This document shows, in pieces, positions 48,232-58,095 of a DNA stretch of 64,000 bases. Each line of letters starts with the position of its first letter. Positions within the stretch are counted from its first letter, which is position 1. Both the position numbers and the translations under genes were made by a program. The DNA comes from Myxococcota bacterium (GTDB taxonomy: Bacteria; Myxococcota_A; SURF-8; G963663525), in contig CAXXVK010000001.1 in NCBI GenBank assembly GCA_963676915.2, forward strand, positions 32,001 through 96,000. Direction: 5' to 3'. The notes under the pieces are model-generated. The model saw nothing but the letters and a program-made list of their open reading frames with translations, was not told where the DNA came from and searched no databases.

Positions 48232-48493
48232 GAATTATATTCCTTTTTTCAAAACTTCCAGAAAAACGGGAACCAATGCCTCGCTTTTGCGTCGTTACGT
48301 AATGGTAAAACGAGATGAAATCCATGAATTTCGTCAGGCGAGCATGCCACCTGATTCCGTTTCATCGATTAGGAGCCTCGGAGTCATCACGGGTTGCAAG
48401 CATCGTGTTCGAAGATGCCAAAACACCTGCATCCACGTGCTTCCTTAACGCTATCCCCCCGAAAAAGATATGAATTCAAACGCTTGTGCGGCC

Positions 48494-48706
48494 CTATCCC
48501 TCGTCGGGAATCGATTCGCCCGGTTCGATCGGCACCGGTGCCTCGCGGTTATCCTTGTCGGAGAATTTCACGAAAAACACCACCAGACAGGCAACGGCTG
48601 CCACCTGGCCGATCCAGAACCAGAACGTGGCGACATAGGCGGCGAGCGCCGCCCCGGAAATTCCGAAAACCACGGCCAAAACGAGCAATATCCAGCCAAA
48701 TCCCAT
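48494..48706 (-). CDS. Small two-TM membrane protein
   Basis: Two hydrophobic segments and a charged tail; purine-rich RBS. Confidence 0.55.
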   Translation of the reverse strand: MGFGWILLVLAVVFGISGAALAAYVATFWFWIGQVAAVACLVVFFVKFSDKDNREAPVPIEPGESIPDEG

Positions 48707-48767
48707 AATTTCTTCCCATGCTTGCGAAATGAAATCGCTGTTTCAAGGCCACCACTATACCAAGGGA

Positions 48768-51533
48768 TCACGGATGGCAAAATCTTTTTTGTTGCGGAGG
48801 CGCGACCGTGATCGTCAACGAAGCTGCGGTCGTGACTTCGATCACGTACACGTCTCGGTCATCGGCATACGGACTCAATGAGACCAGATCGCCGGAAACC
48901 GTCACGTGCGTGGAAGCCAGCAATTGCGCCTGGTCGAACGTATCGTTCGGTTCGTCGATTTCCGCCAGGGTGTCCAACGTTTGACCATCATCCACCGTGA
49001 ACAGATAAGGACCGTCCGCCGTACCATACAGAGCGGCATCTTTGCCGGTGACTTCCACGACGTAGGTTCCCGCTTCGAAGCCACGGGTAAAGCTGGCTTC
49101 CAATCCGTCTTCCGCATAGGACGTATGCAATACCTCGGTCATATCGGCATTGTAGAGCACCACTTTGCTTTCGAGGTAATAGGCCCACGACTGGATCGAA
49201 CAAATCTGGTCCGTTCCGCAGGTGGCGGCGGTTTCGCATTCCTGCGTGCAACGCCAGCCCCCGGTGACGAACAGGCAGACACCCGAAGCACAATCGAAGT
49301 GATTTTCACAAGTTGCACCCAAATCGAGGTTCCCTGCCAGCGTGCTTGGAGCACAGACCCAGTGGTTCAGATCGCGAGCGATGCAGGACAATCCCGCGCC
49401 GCAATCGCCCGGCTGTTCGGGATCGCATTCGGCCACGCAATAATATTGCGGTGCGTCGTCTCCGGGGAAGCGCGAGCAATCGCCCGAAAGGCAATCCACC
49501 GGAGCCTCGCAAACGCTGCCGTCGGCGGTATCGCCAAGTGCATCGTTGGGTGTGCAGAGGAACGTTCCCGCCGTGGTCGCCACGCAGGTTTGTCCGGCGA
49601 GACAGTTCGGAGTGCGGGGATCGCAGGAATCCACGCAGACCGGCGACGCGGAATCGAGGAAGCAGTTGCCGCTTTCGCATTGGTAATCCGCCTCGCAGCT
49701 TTCGCCGTTGGCAATCGCGCCGATCAGAGCCGGATCGATACAGCGGCCACCGTCCTCGCCCCAGGGCTGGCAGACCAGATCGTCCGGGCAGTCGGTCGGA
49801 TTCCAGGTGCGGCAGTCGTCGGTGCAGATCGAGTCCGGGCCATCCGACCAGCAATAGCCGGGATAGCAGTTGAAGTTTTCGGTACAGGGAACACCCATGT
49901 TCGGACCGGTCGGTACCTCGATTCGTGGCACGCAATAAGTGGTTGCGGCATCGGTGGTGACGCACCAGAAGTAGTCCGGGCAGTAGTCGGCGTCGCGTCG
50001 TTTGCCGCTGTAGCATTGGCTCGAACAGCGCTTGCCGACATTGAAGTCCACACAGTGCCAGCTATCGCATTGATAATGCTCTTCGCAGGCCAACGTGTCC
50101 CAGGGACCATCGTCCAACCAGTCGTAAATATGAATGGACTGCACAATGTCTTCGGGGAGACAAAGCTGGATGCCTTCCTGGCCGTTCATCAGATCGCGAT
50201 GGCGGTAAATGGCGCAGGTATACCCATCTTTGCAGGCACCCTGGGTTCCCGGTTCGTCCACACAGGTTTCACTGCAAATGTTCGCTTCGCAGTAATCGTA
50301 GGCTTCCTGGCAGTCGTCCACATTGAAACAATGGTCGCCGAAACTTCCCGGCAGGTGGGTCGGGCGACAATCGCCGTCTTCGCAATAACCGCACTCGCCG
50401 CAGGAAATCGTCGCTTCGCAGGGATACGAACAATACCAGTGATCGTCGTGGCTCTTGTCACAGGTCATCGGAGCACGGCATTCGGTGCTGCGATTGCAGG
50501 TTTCGCCGAATCCCAACTCGCTGCCCCATACGAGGCCGGTTTCCAGATCATCCGGTACGCAAACCGTTCCGCTGGCTCCGTCGTGGGCTTCGCAAGTCCA
50601 ACCGGTCGGACATTCATTGGCCGTGCAGGGCATCGAGCAATACCGCACCGGAGTCCCCGAATGGTTGTCGCTCAAGCAGAGATCGTACTCGCAACCCGCG
50701 CCGGAGTCGCAGACCTCACCCAGAGCACGCGCCGTACGCAACAGCCCGCAAGCGCCGTTGTCACCAATAGAAAAGTCGATACCCGTCATGTCGGTGTGGA
50801 AAATGTCGTCCGGATCGATGCGAATAGTCGCTTCGCCATCGGTAACGGTGTTGCCTTCGAAACTGCCGGAAACCGACGCATCGGTTTTCAGACGTGCGCT
50901 CACGGTGTAACGACCGGCCAACAGACCGTCAAATGTGTATTCGATATATTCTTCCGTACCTGCCGCCGGATATTCCGAAAGCTCCAGAATCTCCCGTGCG
51001 GAGTCCGACAACAAAACTTCGACCACCGCGTTGCGATGCCACGGCAGCAGGTAAATTTTTCCCTGAATCGAGCCGGTCGGCGGAGGAAGTTCCTCTTCTT
51101 CTTCGATAAGTTCGGACTCATCGGCGTCGGTTTCGTCTGTAGTATCGGGAACATCCACGATGTCGCCGTCGTCGTCGGTATTGTCGATGATGTCTTCATC
51201 TTCGTCAGCGGGAGGCACTTCTTCTTCGGTCTCGGTTTCTTCGGGACCATCCACCACGACGTCTTCGTCACCCGTATCGAGATCGAAATCGTAATCGGAA
51301 GGAATGCTCGAACTCTCGCAGGTTCCGCTTTCGGCATTGCAGGTCCGGGCAAGCAGATTGCAGTCCTGCTTGGCGTTCCAATTGCCGCTGGCTCCGCAGA
51401 TCTCCAACACGTTGTCGGTGCAACGATAGGTTCCCAGTTCACAAGAACCGGAGGAACCGCTATCGGAACAGGCGGCCAGAATCAACAACAAGCCCAGGGC
51501 GGCGGCGATTTGGAGAAGCGAAAACCTTGACAT
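48768..51533 (-). CDS. Cys-rich repeat lipoprotein with a C-terminal PPC-like (pre-peptidase) region
   Basis: Lipobox LAA-C; many GxxCxxxxxCxSGxC repeats; DEPNDTFDQAQ...DRDVY. Confidence 0.82.
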   Translation of the reverse strand: MSRFSLLQIAAALGLLLILAACSDSGSSGSCELGTYRCTDNVLEICGASGNWNAKQDCNLLARTCNAESGTCESSSIPSDYDFDLDTGDEDVVVDGPEETETEEEVPPADEDEDIIDNTDDDGDIVDVPDTTDETDADESELIEEEEELPPPTGSIQGKIYLLPWHRNAVVEVLLSDSAREILELSEYPAAGTEEYIEYTFDGLLAGRYTVSARLKTDASVSGSFEGNTVTDGEATIRIDPDDIFHTDMTGIDFSIGDNGACGLLRTARALGEVCDSGAGCEYDLCLSDNHSGTPVRYCSMPCTANECPTGWTCEAHDGASGTVCVPDDLETGLVWGSELGFGETCNRSTECRAPMTCDKSHDDHWYCSYPCEATISCGECGYCEDGDCRPTHLPGSFGDHCFNVDDCQEAYDYCEANICSETCVDEPGTQGACKDGYTCAIYRHRDLMNGQEGIQLCLPEDIVQSIHIYDWLDDGPWDTLACEEHYQCDSWHCVDFNVGKRCSSQCYSGKRRDADYCPDYFWCVTTDAATTYCVPRIEVPTGPNMGVPCTENFNCYPGYCWSDGPDSICTDDCRTWNPTDCPDDLVCQPWGEDGGRCIDPALIGAIANGESCEADYQCESGNCFLDSASPVCVDSCDPRTPNCLAGQTCVATTAGTFLCTPNDALGDTADGSVCEAPVDCLSGDCSRFPGDDAPQYYCVAECDPEQPGDCGAGLSCIARDLNHWVCAPSTLAGNLDLGATCENHFDCASGVCLFVTGGWRCTQECETAATCGTDQICSIQSWAYYLESKVVLYNADMTEVLHTSYAEDGLEASFTRGFEAGTYVVEVTGKDAALYGTADGPYLFTVDDGQTLDTLAEIDEPNDTFDQAQLLASTHVTVSGDLVSLSPYADDRDVYVIEVTTAASLTITVAPPQQKRFCHP

Positions 51534-51864
51534 CGAGTCCTCTCTTTCGAGAAAGGCGAAACGTTGAGCGCCTGCATTTCGATCCGAAAACAACCGAAAC
51601 GAAACGTTTTTGCGCAACGTTTCCCATGTATGGGCTGCTTTCGAGAAATTTCATCCAACGATTATAATGGAATCGTCGTGAATTTGCCAGTATGGAATTT
51701 TCTTCGCAGACAGGCTTTTTCAGTATCAACCTGCCCTTTGTAGGCAACGCAATGGACTGTATTTTGGATAAAAAAGTTAGGAGGCCTTGACTTTTATGAT
51801 GTAATCCTTACTTTCATATATAGAAAACAATGCCGAAAGGCATCAAAATACAAAGGAGACCGAC

Positions 51865-52191
51865 ATGAAAAGCCTTACGATTCACGCTTCCAGCAGCCGT
51901 ATCGAAGACGCCAAAAATGCCGCCGACCTTGTCGCCAAAGAATTTCTCCGCGACAGCACCTGTTTATCCTGGTTCGACCGAACACGCGGCATCTGTTCGC
52001 CCAAGGATTCGATGATCTGCCACAGGGAAAAAGATTACGGACAATACGCCCGCAGTCTCGGTGCCGATCTCAAAATCGATGTCAACTCCGGGGATGTCGT
52101 TTTCTTTTACAAAGACATCCACGACTACGAAAGCTCCGGCAGCAAGTCTCCCCGATTGATGGTGGAAGACGTGCCGGGCTACCTCGCCTGA
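51865..52191 (+). CDS. AF1514/DUF5619-like small protein
   Basis: LSWFD...SP...C....Y...GADLKIDVNSG..VF pattern; AAGGAG RBS. Confidence 0.65.
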   Translation: MKSLTIHASSSRIEDAKNAADLVAKEFLRDSTCLSWFDRTRGICSPKDSMICHREKDYGQYARSLGADLKIDVNSGDVVFFYKDIHDYESSGSKSPRLMVEDVPGYLA

Positions 52192-52229
52192 ACGTTCTCT
52201 CTCCTCGAACACCACTCTGTGCCTGACTT

Positions 52230-52259
52230 GGGCGTGCGAAAATCGCACGCCCTTTTTTT
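52230..52259 (+). terminator. Rho-independent terminator
   Basis: GGGCGTGCGA-AAA-TCGCACGCCC-T7. Confidence 0.88.
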
Positions 52260-52400
52260 GTGAAAGTCTCCTTCATTCTTTCCTTTGCTTTTTTCTCATC
52301 TCCCAATTATAATCTATTGTCAGTGTATGACACGAAACGTAGAGAGGGAGGGTTCCTCTCATTTTTGGGGCAGTATTTCGTTAAAAACAGGAGAGATTCG

Positions 52401-53471
52401 ATGAAGAAGCACACTTTATTGATGTGGATGTGCGTGTTTTGCCTGATGTTTGCGGTAACGGCCTGCGGGTCCGATGACGACGACGAAGGCAACAACAATA
52501 ACAACGAGCCGAGCGGCGAGGTGGGAGAAACCGCGTCGGAAACCATCAGTGCCGCTGATGGCGGGTCGTTGGAATTGCCGTCGGGCGCGGCCAAACTGAC
52601 CGTACCCGCCGATGCGCTGGACGAAGACCTGGAGTTGTCGGTAACGTCCATCGCCACCACGGGATTGCCCGATTCGGACAACCTGGGCAGCCTGGGATTC
52701 GAATTCGGCCCGGACGGCACGACGTTTTCCACGCCGGTGACCATCGAGCTGGCTTTCGAAGGTACGGTTCCGGCCGATCACAAAGCCGTGCTGGCCGTTT
52801 TGGAAGACGGAGCCTGGACCGAGGTGGAAGGATCGGCTCTCGATGGAAACAAAGTGGTTGGCGAAACCGACCACTTCTCGACCTACATCATTCTGTTCGT
52901 CGGAGATACGGCAACCTTGGTTACCGCCGAATGCGCCGATTTCGAATTCACCGCTTGCGGCGGCGACATGACCGGCACCTGGAAAGTCAAGGACATCTGC
53001 ATCGAGATGGGTCTCTTCGACAATCCCTTCGCCGATACCCCGGAATGCCAGGATAGCGTGTATGCTGCCACCTTCGATTGGGACGGCACCTGGGAAATCA
53101 ACAGCGACGGCACCCTGCTCATTTCCAATTTCTCGTATACTTCGGGAGTGGACATTGCCGTAACGAGCGCCTGCCTGGATGCTTTTTATCCCGGAGTCGC
53201 GCCTGAAGAGAGCTGCGCAGGTATTGCGGATGACGAGTTGACGTGCGCCTATGCCGACGACACCTGCACCTGCGAAACGGAACCCGAAACCCAAGTCATG
53301 CTCGAATCCGCGACCGGAACCTGGAGCGTGGACGGTAACACCATGACCAGCGAATTGGACGAAGGCGGCGACGGTCCCAGCAGTTCCGAATACTGCGTGG
53401 ACGGAAACCTCGCCACCAGCGAGTTCGATATGGGTAATGCGGACGGCTACATCATTTTCGAGAAGCAGTAA
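52401..53471 (+). CDS. Lipoprotein with a ZU5-like domain and a Cys-containing C-terminal domain
   Basis: Lipobox VTA-C; ADGGSL..VPADAL..FGPDGTTFSTPVTI..TDHFS. Confidence 0.82.
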   Translation: MKKHTLLMWMCVFCLMFAVTACGSDDDDEGNNNNNEPSGEVGETASETISAADGGSLELPSGAAKLTVPADALDEDLELSVTSIATTGLPDSDNLGSLGFEFGPDGTTFSTPVTIELAFEGTVPADHKAVLAVLEDGAWTEVEGSALDGNKVVGETDHFSTYIILFVGDTATLVTAECADFEFTACGGDMTGTWKVKDICIEMGLFDNPFADTPECQDSVYAATFDWDGTWEINSDGTLLISNFSYTSGVDIAVTSACLDAFYPGVAPEESCAGIADDELTCAYADDTCTCETEPETQVMLESATGTWSVDGNTMTSELDEGGDGPSSSEYCVDGNLATSEFDMGNADGYIIFEKQ

Positions 53472-53489
53472 GACGAAAATTCTCCAGTT

Positions 53490-53557
53490 AAAAGCGGGGC
53501 TTAGGCCCCGCTTTTTGCGCGATGTAGAAACCCCATCCTTTTCGGTGGGGTTTTTTA
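53490..53557 (+). terminator. Two tandem intrinsic terminators
   Basis: AAAAGCGGGGC-TTAG-GCCCCGCTTTTT and AAACCCCATC...GGTGGGGTTTTTT. Confidence 0.8.
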
Positions 53558-53786
53558 TTGGGAAGTTTCGTTGTCGGATCCTAAGGTATCCGACCTCCCT
53601 TTCTACGAATGAACTGAATCACCCGTAAAACCTGTTGTAAGTCAAGACAATGGGTGCTACCATGTGGATACGATCTCCAACATTGATACATCTTCCCGCT
53701 CCAACGAGATCTCACCATGTTCCGCAAAAGGAGTTTTTTTCGCTGTCTTTTCAAATATACCTCGATAACTTGACAGGAGTTTTTCG

Positions 53787-56054
53787 ATGAGTAAACGGGG
53801 TTTCGTTTTCCTCATGTTATCTGTGCTGTTGTTTTTAGGGTGTGCCGAGGATCCTCAGGATAAGGATCATTTGGCAAATACGAACGATCCTACAGGAAAA
53901 GATCCAGATAGCAGCGAGTCTTTGTGCCCAGAAAGTCCACAGTTCAGTCCATGTGGCGAAACTCCTTTGCTAGGGGAACACCCATCGATTTATGTGGATT
54001 GTGCTTGCATCGAACCTAAAAAATCGTGTGTTGGTCAGCCTTGCACATCTATCAGTACCTGTACCTGTGCCAATGCCTATTGTGACACAGACGTTGGGAT
54101 CTGTCGTTTTGCTTTCGATTACGAACATCGGGGAGGGATACGCGATCAATACATTGGGGATGTCGCTGTCAGTGGCAATGGAAAGCTTATCGCCATCTCC
54201 TCCGGGGATGTGGTACGGATATTCGAAACAAAATCTCAGGAGGAAATCCGCTCCATTTATCCTGTAACGCCAACCGCGCTCACTTTTTCGGAAGATGGCA
54301 GGAATTTATACTACGCAGATCGCACAATAGATGAAAACTGGAATGTCTACGCCCAAGTGACGCGCTATAGTATCGAAACGGAAACAATAACGAAAGCCGT
54401 ACAACTACTATTAAAAGATCAAAAAATATTGGGTATGCACCTCTCATCGAATGAGAAATATTTAGTGGTAGCCGGATGTACCAGTAGTTCAGGTAGCCGT
54501 CGTATTTTATACTGTGATCAAGCCAATACCCAAATCATCGACCTCGAAACAGAAACGACTTTTTACACAAGAAACTATCAAGACGAATACTTGAGGCAAA
54601 ACGTCGCTTTCTCGCCATCCGGTAAACAAGTTGCGATTGCCGTAAGGGACAACGACGATCGCGAACCGGGTGGGCAGATATTTGTAATGGACCTCGAAAG
54701 CCGTGAGGTGCTGTTTGGGTTCAGTCGTGTCAACATTAGAGATGTTCTTTATTCTCCGGACGGTGCCTGGATCATCACAAGTCGCATTGAAATATCCTCA
54801 AAATCTTCCACCGAGACTGTCATTCACGCCTATGATTCCCAATCCGGAGAACTTGTGTGGACTCGCCCCGCCATTCGCGACAGCATCGTCCGTCTCGAAC
54901 CTCTTGTATCGAACAAGATTCTAGGCCTTGGAAATTCCACGATCTATGAATGGGAAATCGCCGAGAACGGTGCCGAAAAAACGTATGACTTTCCATACTC
55001 GATTGGTCGTGAATTCACTCTACTCGATACGGAATCCATGACGTTTTTTGGTGTGGAAGCCTATGTCGACAATGCCGGAATTTTCACTCTTGAGGACGAA
55101 ACCTCCTTTGTATCGATCAATGGAACCAATTATTCAGCGCTTTTCGGGGAGATTTCTCCCGATGGAGAATGGTATAGCTCTCTGGAAGGCACTCGCCTTC
55201 TCGAATGGAATCTTTCTACCGGCAAGAAACGCTATACCACGCTTCAAGGGGCAAGCCAGGGCAATCCATTGTCTCCATCGAAAGGACCGATTGTTTACGA
55301 ACCTCAAACCGGGAGGATCGCCCTCGGCTTCCATGATTCCATCATCGTGCTCGATGATCAACGTAAAGAAGTTGGAACCGTATCGTTCAACTCTGCACAA
55401 TCCATAGCCTTTTCTGAGGACGGAACGCAACTTGTCGCTTCCAATCAAGAGGCCACCGTAACGTGGAATCTCGATGAATTCAAACAAACGAATGAGTTCA
55501 TCTACCCGGAAAAAGTCAACCGTGATCCCTTCCCGGTAGCTTTATCTGGAGATGGTAACAGAGTAGCTGTTCCCGGAGTCGGATCAGTAATCGTCTACAA
55601 TGTTGAAGAAGGTACTAAGCTTGTAGAGTTTCCCGTAATTCCAGACGAGCCTGAATTTGAACCGGGACTTACTATCATTAGTGAAGCATTATCACAACAA
55701 GGAACTTACCTGTCTGTTTGTTATATTCAGGAAGAATATGGTGGAGACAATGATGGAATTCTTTTCAATGTCAGTACTGAAGAGGTGATCGCTAAAACCG
55801 GCATATGCGAAGGTCTGGATTTTTCTGATGATGAAAAAATCGCAGTCTTTGGCAGTGTTGGAGGGGTATACTTTTTTCAGACATCCAGTGGCGAACGAAT
55901 CAAGGTTATACAAACTCATTACGATTGGCTATTGTCTGGACCTTATGATATTGTATCCAGTGTTGCACTGGCTCCGGATCTTTCTTTTTTGGTTTCCGAA
56001 GGTTACCCCGGTTCTACAATGATATTTGACATCTCTGGACTGGGCGAAAAGTAA
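53787..56054 (+). CDS. WD40/beta-propeller lipoprotein
   Basis: Lipobox FLG-C; repeated (A/V)FSxDG motifs; visibly lower GC than neighbours. Confidence 0.82.
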   Translation: MSKRGFVFLMLSVLLFLGCAEDPQDKDHLANTNDPTGKDPDSSESLCPESPQFSPCGETPLLGEHPSIYVDCACIEPKKSCVGQPCTSISTCTCANAYCDTDVGICRFAFDYEHRGGIRDQYIGDVAVSGNGKLIAISSGDVVRIFETKSQEEIRSIYPVTPTALTFSEDGRNLYYADRTIDENWNVYAQVTRYSIETETITKAVQLLLKDQKILGMHLSSNEKYLVVAGCTSSSGSRRILYCDQANTQIIDLETETTFYTRNYQDEYLRQNVAFSPSGKQVAIAVRDNDDREPGGQIFVMDLESREVLFGFSRVNIRDVLYSPDGAWIITSRIEISSKSSTETVIHAYDSQSGELVWTRPAIRDSIVRLEPLVSNKILGLGNSTIYEWEIAENGAEKTYDFPYSIGREFTLLDTESMTFFGVEAYVDNAGIFTLEDETSFVSINGTNYSALFGEISPDGEWYSSLEGTRLLEWNLSTGKKRYTTLQGASQGNPLSPSKGPIVYEPQTGRIALGFHDSIIVLDDQRKEVGTVSFNSAQSIAFSEDGTQLVASNQEATVTWNLDEFKQTNEFIYPEKVNRDPFPVALSGDGNRVAVPGVGSVIVYNVEEGTKLVEFPVIPDEPEFEPGLTIISEALSQQGTYLSVCYIQEEYGGDNDGILFNVSTEEVIAKTGICEGLDFSDDEKIAVFGSVGGVYFFQTSSGERIKVIQTHYDWLLSGPYDIVSSVALAPDLSFLVSEGYPGSTMIFDISGLGEK

Positions 56055-56167
56055 CATATGAGTAGGTTCAGGCAGAAAAAGCTCTACGGATCGCCCGTCT
56101 TCCACTGAAGTTCACGGATCGTCTTCGCTTTTCTGCGCCCGCCACGATTTCTCAGGAATGTTTCAGC

Positions 56168-57127
56168 CTAAAAATTCGCCGACACGTGGAAAACGAGGGA
56201 CCACCGTTTCATGTATTTCGACGCTCCCTCAATCATTTTCAGTTGCACCGGAACTCCCAACCGGGCGGTGATTCTGTCAGTCTGGTAGGCTACACCCGGT
56301 GTCAGACCGATTATGGATTCGTCTACCGGCTCAATATAAAATCGGGCGAAAGTTTCGGCCTGTACGTACAGTCGGTCGATGAGGCGTACCGAAACGGGAA
56401 CCGTCATGTAAATATCGTAAGACTCGGTATCCGAAACATACTCCCGGTCTTTTAGAAGAATCCCCAACTTCATCGAAAAAGACATGCCTACGAAAAACCG
56501 ATCCTGATAGGCATATCCAGCGGAAATATAAGGGTTCAAACCGAACAGATCGGCATCGAAGATTTCTGACCAGTCGTAGTTGGTGAACGACATGTTGAAA
56601 CCGGCGGAAACCAGGAGCGGACGGGTGTTGTAAATCGTGAATTGGGGACCGAATTGAAACTTGGAGATGTAGAATAGATCGTCATCGTACGAATCCACGT
56701 CGTCGTCGTCGTCCCATTTTGAATCGAGGGAGCTTCGAAACGCCATGGTCATATCGAACAATAAAGACAGATTGTCCGTAATCGCAAAAGAACCCCCAGG
56801 CGTTAGAACGACGTAATGTCGTAATTCTCTGTCGGCCTTGCACGAAGAGACTGATCCTCCGGAACATGTAATCCCTACAAGGTCATCTATTTGCTGGTAC
56901 TGGAAATCCAAATAAGCGGATGTGTAAGAGAACAGGCGATAACTATGGAACGATTCGGGAAACGAGTTGAGATCGAAGCGGGTTTCGACTTCGGTCGATG
57001 GAGCCTCTTTTGCGGTAGCTTCGGTTTCACCGGACGACTCATCGTTTGCGACAACGGGTGGTGCAAACGCCATCAGAAAACATACCACGAGCAATCCCCA
57101 GACGTTTCGCGACATTGAGTGCGCCAT
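56168..57127 (-). CDS. Probable outer-membrane beta-barrel protein
   Basis: Signal peptide, amphipathic beta strands, C-terminal Phe (FHVSANF). Confidence 0.65.
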   Translation of the reverse strand: MAHSMSRNVWGLLVVCFLMAFAPPVVANDESSGETEATAKEAPSTEVETRFDLNSFPESFHSYRLFSYTSAYLDFQYQQIDDLVGITCSGGSVSSCKADRELRHYVVLTPGGSFAITDNLSLLFDMTMAFRSSLDSKWDDDDDVDSYDDDLFYISKFQFGPQFTIYNTRPLLVSAGFNMSFTNYDWSEIFDADLFGLNPYISAGYAYQDRFFVGMSFSMKLGILLKDREYVSDTESYDIYMTVPVSVRLIDRLYVQAETFARFYIEPVDESIIGLTPGVAYQTDRITARLGVPVQLKMIEGASKYMKRWSLVFHVSANF

Positions 57128-57305
57128 ATGACTCTCCTTTGTTTCTCTGATTTTCTGGATAGAAAAAGTATCACGAAACCGGGGTTTCGTCCAAAGGAAA
57201 TAAAACAACTTTGTGCAACCGGTTGTTTTCTGTGGAAAAATACAGTAGGTAAAGAGAGACGAACAGAAGAAACAAACGACGCGAGCTTTCGGAAAGGAAG
57301 AGGCC

Positions 57306-58073
57306 ATGAAATCGACCGGTTGGGCTATCCTGGCGATGATACTGTTTTTGTTGGGAATCGGTGGATGCGACAACAAGCAGGAGCCGCAGCCCGTCGCGAA
57401 AGAAGCCAAGAAACCCACCGCCGAACCTGTGGCCGAAAAAACGAAGCAAGCCGAACCCGAGAAAAAACTGGGAACGTTCGAGATTCCGCCCGATCTGACG
57501 CCTATCACCTGTGAAGGAGAACTGGCCCTCGAAGATATTCCCGATCATCCCGTGTCGGGTGTGATCAACGGTCGCTACCTGATGCCCAACATGGCTTTCG
57601 CCAAGGCGTCGAAATTCATGAAGCAGGTGTCGTTCGATTTCGGTCGGATGAAGCATGTCAAGGAAGATACTCCCTGTTTTTCCACGGGGTTGCAGCTTCG
57701 CGCTTCCGTGTATTACAAGCTGGATCGCGTGCGGCAGGACAAGGATCTCACCGTCCCGGCCGGAACCCACTTTTTCTCCAGCGAAAAGGGTGAAACCACG
57801 TTTCTCGCCGCCGGGCAGGACGATGTGAACAAGACAAAAAAAGCCAAAGATCAATGGCGCTCCTGGTATGTCTTCGAGCAGACCAGCGGCACGCCGATGT
57901 CGGTGAATCCTCCTTATTACGGTGTGTTGGTGCTGGATGAACTGAGTGTGGAAGGCAAGCCGGAGAAACCGTTCGCCGCCGCAGGTCGGGCCAAAGGAAA
58001 GATGGCGATTTGCTTCAAAGATCAAAGCGGAAGCTGGCTCGCCGGAACGTTCGACATGCCGGTTTGTCGCTGA
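57306..58073 (+). CDS. Hypothetical lipoprotein
   Basis: Lipobox IGG-C; GAGG RBS. Confidence 0.72.
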   Translation: MKSTGWAILAMILFLLGIGGCDNKQEPQPVAKEAKKPTAEPVAEKTKQAEPEKKLGTFEIPPDLTPITCEGELALEDIPDHPVSGVINGRYLMPNMAFAKASKFMKQVSFDFGRMKHVKEDTPCFSTGLQLRASVYYKLDRVRQDKDLTVPAGTHFFSSEKGETTFLAAGQDDVNKTKKAKDQWRSWYVFEQTSGTPMSVNPPYYGVLVLDELSVEGKPEKPFAAAGRAKGKMAICFKDQSGSWLAGTFDMPVCR

Positions 58074-58095
58074 TTTTCCGACCCGGCAGTATTCG

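Noticed and set aside
51829-51843. ATGCC-GAAA-GGCAT hairpin as a c-di-GMP riboswitch fragment
   Set aside because: The other conserved GEMM elements and the second stem are absent.
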